DNA of 64,000 nucleotides from Takakia lepidozioides (lineage: Eukaryota; Plantae; Bryophyta): the NCBI GenBank assembly GCA_030704615.1, contig CM060733.1, positions 19,158,001 through 19,222,000 on the forward strand, in the 5' to 3' direction. Below, piece after piece: positions 12,501 through 22,000 of this stretch. Position 1 is the stretch's first letter; the number at the start of each line of letters is the position of its first letter. The notes below the pieces were generated by a model. That model was given only the letters and a program-made list of their open reading frames with translations. It searched no databases and was not told where the DNA came from. The translations under genes and the position numbers were made by a program.

Positions 12501-15500
12501 TCTGCAGTTCAAGGGGGAAATCTCAGCAACCATCCATCTAGCCTCTCTTCCCACCCAGTAATATACCTCTCATCAATCACCATATGTAGCCAGCTTGACT
12601 TCAGCATATCACTCAAAAGTTGAATGCTCAATATTCGTAGATGCTGCCCATCTGTCCTTCTTAAGCAAAGAATTGAATGGTCACTGAGATTATCTAAGCA
12701 GCAAGAGAGATGCACAGCCTTGATCAGAGTCAAATGGTTGAGCTCCTCAGTTATGCTTCTTTAAGCATGGGGGCATTACCTCTGGCAATCATCTAGCGTA
12801 TGCACAAGGTCATGGTCTGCCGCCATGCTGTACTTGCCACCTTGGATTGGTGCTTATCTCATGCTTTGGGTTCTACCATAAGCTATGAATGTAAAACTAA
12901 GGACAACTGTGTACCTCAAATTGTCTTTGCAGCTTGAGTTCACGCTTATGTGAAGATTCCATACATCTTAGAGAGATTACCTTGCTGTGCTATACAGGTG
13001 TATAGTATAAGGGCGACAGGAAATGAGCCAAGCAAGTTTAAGAGAAAAAGGATTTCAACTGTCTTTCATTTTTTCACACTGGGTTTGATTGTGCAGGCAG
13101 ACAGAGTCTTCCCATGTTACAAATATTCTTTTGATCGTAGTATACTCCGTACAAAACAGATAGCTCTGTAATTAGTTTACAAGTGGGTAGCCAACTGCAA
13201 GTAGCCTTCTACTCTACTCTGAAGATAGTAGGCAATTGACGTGACAGCCTCTGGGAATACTACCTTCCCCTAAGTAGGATGGATGACCAACTGAAAATCA
13301 TGAGCAACCCAGGAACTAACTAAACATGTGGCCAGATAAGTAATCACCCCTGAGTCATTCTTCTTCTTCTTGTCAAATGAATAGTCTGAGAACACAAATC
13401 AACTCTCCCTTTGGCTCCCATTGTCTGTGATGGATCTTTTAAATGGTGTTAAGAAAAACATATCCATTTCTCCGATTACAGTCAAAAGTCCATGTGTTCA
13501 GTGAAGGAGGGCTTACCAAATCCATCAAACACAACAACCGGAGGATTCAAGTGAGTATATTCCGGAGGGCCTTTGCCTGGTTTCTCAATCCAATAAGGTG
13601 GCAGCCTGACTGGATCCTTCAACCTGTAAATCTCCAGGGCCTGAAAAGCAGACAAAAACTGAAGATATGAGTTTCTCACTGGAAAAATCATTGAAGGAGC
13701 TCAAGATGGTAATGATATGACAAAGCACAACTTCATGCCACATCAACAGTCAGTGTGCGAAAGTGGCAACCTGGAAACATCTCGGATTCCGGCTGTACCG
13801 TGGATTGTTGAGGTAATTTATCTTCCGCATCATATTTTCCAGTAGCTTAGCCTCCTGCATCATACAGAACAGCCAAGGGAATTTGGTCATTAAGTAAAGG
13901 CCTGACCTCAGTCTCCTACGATGAAGAGAGTCACACACATTTAGTCCAAAAATAACTCTCAAGATTGCAATTAGAAACCTTGAGAAACTGTCCTGCGGGC
14001 ATTTGCAATCTCCAGGCCTCACGCTCGGCCTCTGGTAGCAGACACCAATCCTGCCCTGGCTCTGGAAGAAATGTGAACAATACAGTTTTGAGCCTTCGAG
14101 GAAACTCCATTTTGTTGAAAAGTCTCCAGGGTATCCGCTTATGTGGTTTTGGGTGGTTGTGGAGGGGAGCCCTCCATGATTGCCTAAAAGAGCGCCTCCA
14201 CGGTCTCAGCTCACGATCTAGTAGCCTCTCCTGCATGCTCAACAGAAGCTATTAGCAGAAGTGATGCTTTTCGACTTCACCCTCTTCAATCGATCATAGT
14301 CATATTGCCCCTTTTTGGGTATTTCTTTCCAAAGCACCAACAATTGTTCAAATCTTCTTCCTTGAGCAGTTGCAACACAAAGCATAATCTTGAAATCTCA
14401 ATCCACAAGACATTGCCGGCCGGCTATGGCTGTGATGTTCCCACCAGTTTAACTGACGACATCTGTGGATCCTATACACTGGAAGGTTGACTCAATGAAT
14501 TGTCTGTACCACCCATATGGGAACTGGAGCTAAATCTGCACTGTAAATACTAAGTAGTTAAGAATTGCCAAAGCTCCAAACTGCGGCCAGAGCTTCAGTC
14601 AATGTCATTAATAACTACCAAGACTCCCTCAACGGTCTTATAATCCAAGACCATATCCTACTTGAAGCAGTACTTCATCCAAGGCTCTTGTTGGTAGATT
14701 GATACAAATTGGATACTTCAGAAGGCAGTCGATAGGCATCCAAAGAAAATGAAAAAGGCTAATCCAACAAAGACGACTGTAGTTAGATTTTGTCCGTTCA
14801 AAATAATTCGATTCAAAAAACAAGGACTGAACTTGCTCCATCCTGGCTGCTTCCCACATCCTTGCAGCCTCCTCCATCATGGCAGCCTCGTCCACACCTT
14901 CACCTTCCTCTCCACTTGCTGGAAGAGTATCTTCAACTCCATCTGGACTGGCAGCCAGAACATCTCCTTCAAATCCATCTGCACCTTCAGCTGAAACACT
15001 GCCTTTATCTCCATCCCCCCATGCCACTAGAACATCAGCATTGGTAGGTGGCACAGCCTTCATAGACCCTCCACTTGTTGCAACCAACTCTGACCCATCT
15101 ATTAAAGTTGGAGGGTTGGTCAAGTACTCTCCACCTGTTATGCTGTCCTTTGATACTCCCTTGGCGGCCTCCTTTTCTGCTGGCAGGGTCTTAGAAGCTT
15201 TCTTTGATTCTCTCTGTGTGTTTTGGTGTGAGTCTTTCCTTGCAATGGGCTTAATAAACTCCTCCATGCCTCTGGACTCATCATCCTTTGTCAGAGTGTC
15301 CTCTTTGCTGAAACGTACCCAGGGTATCCGTTGTGATGACCTTCTGTGATCATGCAGTGGGGGTCTCAGAATTGGCATTCTTTTTAGTCTTTTTGCTGCC
15401 CAATCTGTCAAGCCATCAGTCTGCATCCCAAATTGAAGTGTCAGCCAAGCTATTGCAGTATTCAACCAGTTTCTATCTACCGGAATCATTCCTTTGCTAG

Positions 15501-16282
15501 TTCTTTGATTCAGAGCACAAAACCGAATTACGAAGTCCACATAAACTGCCTACAATCTTTGTGAATTGGTTGTAGTAGTAAGAGTGCCTAGGAAACATAA
15601 GAGTGCAAGAGAACCGGACACAGACTTTTGGCAATGTAGTAAAATAGTCATTGACGAATGGACAAACAAATGTCCTGCTTCCCAGGTGAGCACAGTAAAT
15701 TTTACAATAATCTCTTTGACTATTTGAACAAACTTGAGGAGGATTTTGCTTAGCATGGAGAGCTACCCCTGAATTGGAGCAGCTGACAATTTTTTTAGAC
15801 GTTTATCACTTCTATACCTCCACAAATAGGCAATTGATGCTTTAGAAGCCAGGCTAAGAGGCCAAAGAAAACGTCAACACCGATTTTGCATCAATCAGCT
15901 CTTGACATAACATGATCTCAGCAGTGACATTGATGTCATTTGAACATTTCACGTTTCACATGTGACCACATTCAACAAATAGAAGAGGTGATGTGTTTGA
16001 GCTCACCTTATAAGCGTGTGGATCAACAACTTTTTCTGGCTCTGCACTAGCACTGGGATCACCTTCAGCAGGTCCTGATGTTGAAACAAAGTCAGGTCCC
16101 AAAGGTACTATTGGGTCAGGATTGGAGCCTCCTGCACCTGCTATGTTCTTCCTTCCTGCTGCCCCTGGTATGCTCTTTTGAGATGGCTTTTGTGCCGGCT
16201 CCTCCCTGGGATCCTTGGAAGCTTCCTTTGCCCCTGAAGACTTGGAGTCTTTCCTCGCCGAGTTCTTCTTTGATTTCTCCAT
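543..16282 (-). CDS. DLEC1: DLEC1/CFAP81 (FAP81)-like ciliary central-apparatus protein, multi-exon
   Basis: A chain of minus-strand ORFs (15956-16282, 14638-15540, 13931-14242, 13750-14022, 9469-11205, 8622-9086, 7064-8248, 5862-6356, 4302-4952, 3377-3802, 1038-1304, 543-1022) with GT-AG boundaries, e.g. exons 16282-16007, 5468-5352, 1292-1080, 851-543. Motifs MMRKINYLNNPR, ISGMFCKFDVTYSP..EDEILV..PTVILPPSLDLGCCLVG and FQDKHEQ|TICLHADLYFPEVQL are colinear with DLEC1 as recalled (FLKNPRF, PGMTCQYIVQFFP..DDFILV..PVLTLSPVLDCGYCLIG). Repeated ASH/PapD-like beta domains. The start exon and several internal exons are uncertain. Confidence 0.85.
1645..1813 (+). mobile_element. Old 3' fragment of LINE family A with (CTTT)n tail
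   Basis: Encodes FEDP/KCLAACVHEALNR (one frameshift), matching the family A C-terminus YEDQKCVAAYLHEAFTLR. Followed by a CATGGG-containing 3' region and a (CTTT)n run. Lies in a DLEC1 intron. Confidence 0.6.
1870..2750 (+). mobile_element. 5'-truncated LINE family A (RTE/RTEX-like), ORF2 C-terminus plus (CATTT)n tail
   Basis: The C-terminal part of ORF 1684-2643 has FRVGSHNLRIETGRW..RLCPAC..ETEEHFFFYCPLY, the CCHC-type C-terminal region of non-LTR RTs. Ends GTTATAAAGCAC(CATTT)4. Candidate TSD TTTCCTTTT at 1861-1869 and 2749-2757. Confidence 0.85.
2891..3043 (+). mobile_element. Old 3' fragment of LINE family A
   Basis: SFQDLKCLTAYL/EALHL C-terminal remnant, then CATGGGCCCATCCGGATGTTATAAAG and a T/C-rich tail, matching the family A terminus CGGA(C/T)GTTATAAAG. 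Confidence 0.6.
6818..6980 (-). mobile_element. Old 3' fragment of LINE family A
   Basis: The reverse strand encodes KSFQDLKCLAAHRHEALRL, followed by CATGGGACCTTGGGCATGG and a TTCATTTCTTTCTTTCT tail. Intronic in DLEC1. Confidence 0.6.
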
Positions 16283-17805
16283 GTCTCAAGGATGTAATGC
16301 TCACCTCTCCTTGTCAATGTGCATGCTTCAATGTTACCGTTTGGCACATTCAACACTGTGTCACACTAGACAAAAATAGGTTCCACATCCTACATTGTAG
16401 CATTGGCATAATGGAGAGTGTTGGTCGGCAACAGATTCCTCAAGTCCAGGAAAGATCTTACACGTGCAGTTCCATGAGGTTCTGTAGAGCAAGTGTGCTG
16501 CACTCATCTTTTGCAGAGGAATGGGGCAAAGGTTGGTTATAGCAGTGATGTAAAACTTGACACCTTCACATGTAATAAGCTACATCCTCAACAAGAGTGA
16601 TAGCATGTATCCAACTTTTTCCTTGAGAGCCGTGAATACATTAATGAGATCTTGCCAATGCAGCATCTGATTCCCAGGACGAGTTTCCCAAAGCATAATA
16701 CCTACAATGTATGCCTAACGAGAGGCAAGATTGCTGGACATCAATCTCATCCTTTTTACAGAAACATCACTGCAACATAGAAATACCATTGGGATTGGCT
16801 CAACTAAATATCTAATCCAGTACAATTGCCTTGTAACCTAGTCATCAGTGTTTAGTGTATGCAAAGGACAGATAACATGGCTTTGCAGCCATAGGCCCAC
16901 ATGATAAAAACATTCCCAGTTGGATGTCAATTCGGTACTAGATCCCACAGCTCTCCATGTCGTTTTCTAGAACGGGAATTATTGCTCAAGCTGGTCTTAA
17001 ATTGGAGGGACAAATATAACGGAAAGAAAGCCAGGCTTTGATATAGCAAGATAGTGGTCCTTCCTAGGATGATAATGAAATGATTCAAAAAGAATTTGCA
17101 AATGGGAGCCAAAGCAAGAGGCCGACCACTTATGACCTACTAACCATGTCTGCATTCAAAATGCCATAATTCTCTGCTTGATTAGCTGTGGATGGTGTAA
17201 AACCCAAGAATGTTGGTAATTGCGAATGGAGGGCTTACTAGCAGCGCAAAAGATAGTGGAGAAGTGACAGTCCTACCTTTAGTGCTGTGAATTCCGTTAG
17301 GTGGCCTTGTGACTTCCACTCCCTTATCTTACATACCAATGAATGTCTCGTACTCGCAAGCTACTTTGTTTCAGACCTCATTGTGTAGGATGGAGAGACA
17401 GAGCAAAATAGTTGCTGTCTGCAGATCAAAAGAAAAATGGCCATGTGAAGGAGGTTTACAGGTCATTCTTTCCGATTAAATTTGGTGAATGGCTGTGGAG
17501 GTGAGTAGAAGGGGTGTCCAAAAAGTAGAAGAACCTCACAAATGAGCAATCCAGCCTATTCAGAGATATTTAGAATTTTTAAGTTCAAATGCACGCAACC
17601 AAATTTCAGCTAGTATGAAGTGCAATCAGATGCGTCTACTATGTATGAACTCAGAACTAAAGGGAATTCACGTAAGCACAGAGCCAGATCATCAAGCCCT
17701 TAACGTGTGAAACGGGCAGATTGGGATTTCCTAACCACTGTAAGTGAAGGACACAAGATATGGTGCTCCCAAGAAATTTTTTATTCCAAATGGATTGCTT
17801 GATGC

Positions 17806-18573
17806 TCAGCTGGCAAGCTTGAATGCATCAATAAAGAGGCCATATGTGAATCCCATCTTGAAGTTGTTAAGAAGTGCTACAGGAAAGGTAACCCGCACCC
17901 GAGTGTGATAGAAGCGGGTTACATACTCTGTGAACAAGACGCACATGGCGGCAGCAATCACATCATTCACCCCAAGTGCCCCGAAAGACAGAGAGATGGT
18001 CTGCGCTACATAAAATCCTCCAAAGAGTGCAATGCCTCCAAACAATGCCCGTCGAAATGGGCTCTGGAAATACGCTTTAGCAAGACGAGGAATAGCGCGT
18101 ACCACGTCAACCAGCCGTCGCGGCTGCAGGTCCCCTTTCGTAGCCCTCACTCTCGTTTCTCGCACACCCGATATTCGGCCCTTGCCCCATTTTCTCTTCG
18201 CAAGCCAAATTCTTCTTCCCTCCCACGGTAATTGCCACAGGCTTTCACTTCTGACACCACCTGAATGCCTCCATATTGCGCTTTCTAGCTTCGTACATCC
18301 ATTTATATGCAACCTTCGAAGAGATAGAGGTCGTGACTGCGCTGCAGACACAGAGCATTGGCCTGAAGTCGGGGTAGAAGCAGAGAGAGGAGAGGGCCAA
18401 AATCCTGAGACAGAAGTAGTGGTACTGCACAGATATACTCCTACTGACGAAGATATTTTCTCATGGGTTGTACAGGAGACCCTTCGTTGTGCACTTTCTG
18501 GGATTCTGAATGCGATACGAGTTGTGCCAAGGGACCATAATTGGACAGGAGGAGGCCCAAGGACCTGCGACAT
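17806..18573 (-). CDS. NPQ6: Ycf20-like (DUF565) plastid membrane protein, single exon
   Basis: The C-terminus RALFGGIALFGGFYVAQTISLSFGALGVNDVIAA..LLNNFKMGFTYGLFIDAFKLAS is the plant Ycf20/NPQ6 signature. The Ser/Thr/Arg-rich N-terminus fits a transit peptide. Confidence 0.9.
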   Translation of the reverse strand: MSQVLGPPPVQLWSLGTTRIAFRIPESAQRRVSCTTHEKISSSVGVYLCSTTTSVSGFWPSPLSASTPTSGQCSVSAAQSRPLSLRRLHINGCTKLESAIWRHSGGVRSESLWQLPWEGRRIWLAKRKWGKGRISGVRETRVRATKGDLQPRRLVDVVRAIPRLAKAYFQSPFRRALFGGIALFGGFYVAQTISLSFGALGVNDVIAAAMCVLFTEYVTRFYHTRVRVTFPVALLNNFKMGFTYGLFIDAFKLAS

Positions 18574-18956
18574 ATGAGATAAACGCTCAAATAGGAGCGA
18601 AGGAGTTGGTCACACATCAAATGGCTCCTAGATAAAGCCTCTGGAACTGAAATTGAACTTCATGACAAGGGAGGAAAACGGTAAAGACAGTGAGGAAACA
18701 GAATTTCGGTTGTAGCAGCTGTATCAGAGTGGACAATAAAGCTTCAACAATGATCAGTTCCCTGTATCCTGCAATTCGATTTCACACACTGTGTGGCTGT
18801 CTACACGCACATCGTTGCGTCTGATGTCTGATCCTACGGAAAGGATCAGTATCCTTCTCTTCTCGCACGAGGGTTTCTGGTTGCCTTATGCAACGAATCA
18901 TCCAACTGCTCATCACTTGGAGATCTATCGTTCATTCATTCGTCTTGTCTCTTGCG

Positions 18957-18958
<2 letters not shown>

Positions 18959-18988
<30 letters not shown>
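18959..18988 (+). repeat. (TC)n microsatellite just upstream of the TAF1B start codon
   Basis: Directly visible. Similar (CT)n tracts follow the donor sites at 19741-19764 and 40669-40686. Confidence 0.95.
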
Positions 18989-18992
<4 letters not shown>

Positions 18993-19012
18993 CCCGTCTG
19001 GAGTCCAGTGCA

Positions 19013-22000
19013 ATGGCAGGAATGTGTGGAGTGTGTGGAAGCAGCGAGATGAGTTCCGGTGATGACGGGTTTTTCTACTGTACGCGATGTGGGTCACAGT
19101 CACAAAACTATTTGGAAGAAGCTTTTGATCGAGATGATGCGCACATGTTCAGCATGAGGCTCATCCGCGAGAAGAGGGTGGGTAGGAATGAGCAGCGGGC
19201 TGCCTTGGGGTCGCAGCCTGGGGGAGTCGATGGGGAACCGGGGTTGATGGGCTCTCAACCAGCCTCTCTCCCAGGTACACAGGACGGTGGGAATTTCTTC
19301 CAAGAATCTCAGTTTGGCTCACAATTCGCAGCGGAGATTGGGGGATTCACGCAGTTTGGATCGCAAACCGGCGCTGCAATCGGCACAGGCACTGACTATG
19401 TAGGGTCCGGTGGTGCTTTAGGGTCACAGCATGGTGTATCAGTGGGCGCGCAGCTGGGGATGCAAGCTTCTCAGGGGGAGCTGTCGGATGGGGAAAGGCT
19501 TATGACGAATATACGGAGGGTGTATGTAGAAGGGATGCAGAGACTGCTGCAAATGCAATGCGAGGTTTTAGTGCAGAGATTTGGGGTCAGTCCTCTGATT
19601 TGTGCCTTTGCGGGACCCATTTGGGTGAAGTTCGTGGCAAGCACTTGCGTGTTCGAGAAAGGATGGGCAGACGAGGCATTGGTCGTGGCCGAGGCTCGGG
19701 CACAGCAAGACAGGAGAAAATCTCAGCAAGCCTCTCAAGGTCTCTCTCTCTCTCTCTCTCTCTCCCTTAAGCAAATGACTTCGAGTCCAGTACAGTTTAG
19801 GAGTCACAAACTCCTACATTATCGCTTTGGGATAGGTCTGATCCTGCTCAATTGACCTTGGTGAATCACGGCTTATACCCTGCTTAAACCCTGCAACAAT
19901 TTTTATCAAGATCTTGCCCTTAAATTCAACCCCTTTAGCACAATATTCTGGAGATAACTGTTGGAATTTTGTGGTGCGCAGGGTTGCAAGGAGCAGAGAT
20001 ACAGGATAATGAAGATGACAAATCAAAAACCCCTGTGAAATTTTTAAAGAGGAAGCGGAGGAAGCGGGACCTTGTAGAACCTTGGACTTCATATGGAGAG
20101 AAGGCACGCTATGTGTGGCTGCGGAACCTTAAGGGACGAATTCCAGCACGGGCCACACTCGCCATTTCTTATCTCGTGTGCTATCTTGCCCGGGAGTCTG
20201 TTCTGCCGACTGACATCATACAATGGGCAGTGGAAGGCACTCTGCCCTACCTAGCAGCAGACAAAGAGATAGTGAAACGCTGTGAGTTGGGGTCTATACC
20301 CCTTCCCATTAGTTCAAAGGTAATGTTTAAACCCACAAATATGACAAACGCACGCGTAGTGGAGCTCCTATCTGGAATAATTGCGGAACGGATATGTCTC
20401 CAGCTTCCCCCTGTGAACTTCCATGCAATTTCTCTAAGATTTTTGAAGGAGCTGAGACTTCCAGTTGAGAAACTAGCAGTACATATTTGCAGAATATTTG
20501 AATGGCACCCGCTTTCTGGGCTTTGGCTTTCTCCCAATCCCAATAACCTACCCACCCGTGTCTACGTTATGGCATTATTGGTGGTTGTGCTGAAGGTCTT
20601 CTATAAACTTGATGGCAGAGTCACTGAAAGGCAGAAATCCCAACTAAGAGGGCATTTGTCTCATAGGCCTGAGGGCACTGAAGGGCTCAAAGGTAAAGTT
20701 GATATTGAGAATGAGCAGCCAAACAAGGGGCCGCAGGAAGAGACAGAAAATATGTGGGACACAAAGGAGATGCTTACACAAATGCAAGAGTGTCTTCACA
20801 AGGATCACCAGTCTATTGGTGGGTTTTTCCAGTCTTTCTTTCTTTCTCAGATGAATTTCTGGGGGGTTGTGAAATACAGGGAATGCGTAAATTACGGAGC
20901 AGAAGTGCTCTAATTCCTGTGATCGTTCAGAACCAACTAAGTGTACTGTGGCTCATTTTTTCTGTTTGATCCCCTCTCCCCGGCCGGCCCCACCCCATCC
21001 GCTTGATGCATAGTCTGGTAACCGGTTTTTGGTGAACCTTACAGTTAATATGGGTGTTGGGCTGGCATACACAACCAACAGGAGCTAGGATCAGTAGTCT
21101 ATTGGTGGGCTTTCCCAGTCTTTTCTTGCTAAGATGAATTTCAGGGGATTGTGGAATACAGGGAATGTGTAAAATTATTGAACAGATTCGCTCTAATTCC
21201 TGATGGTCTTTCGGGACCAACTAAATATGCTGTGGTTTATTTCTGTTCGATCCCTCTCCCGGTCCTGCCCCCACCCCATCTGCCTCCTCTCTTACTCCAA
21301 GAGCATAATCTGGTAACCATACTGTTGGTTCTTGGTGAAGCTTACATTTTGTATGGGTGTTGGGCTAGCACAGACAACCAGCAGGAGCTAGCAAATTATT
21401 TGAAGTACTGCCGAGAGGTTATTTTCGCAGGCAACAACCTGTCGGCTGATGAGGAACATCTTCGTGACCATTTTTGGGAGCTCTATGAGAAGTTCTTAAA
21501 GCAGGTTCAATCTACATATTTTTCCATTGAGCATCATCGTTGTGTCTGTGACTCAGTTCACTGGAGTTATATAGGGTGGTGGCTTCCTAAACAACTCTTC
21601 ATGTGGCTGAGTCCTATCTATTTATCAGCATGGATAGATGTTTTGTAATTTAACAAGAAATGTCTCTCTGTGCTGAACTTTTGAGTGGTTATTGTGGTCT
21701 GAGCCCTATCTAACCAAATTTGGTCATCAGCTGGTATGAGCCAGCTGATGGAATTGGGCTGACTGACCTACCATGGGGGGTTGAAACCCCCATGACAAGC
21801 TCTGGGGGTGTTTGATAGGCGCTGTACCCTCAAGTGTACATCAGAGCCAGAGCAGTCACGGGCTCTGACAATATCTATCCCTCCTCTCTCTCTCTCTTTG
21901 TGAAATTATCACACTGCAGATTGATGCTTGTGTGAAGGGTTTTCTAGAGGATATCTGGAAAACCCGGATTAATTCTTTATATGGAGGTAAGTCTTACTAC

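Noticed and set aside
21700-21795. Hammerhead ribozyme (CTGATGA on the minus strand, CTGATGG..GAAA on the plus strand)
   Set aside because: Neither strand has the full CUGANGA-stem II-GAAA core with correct pairing.
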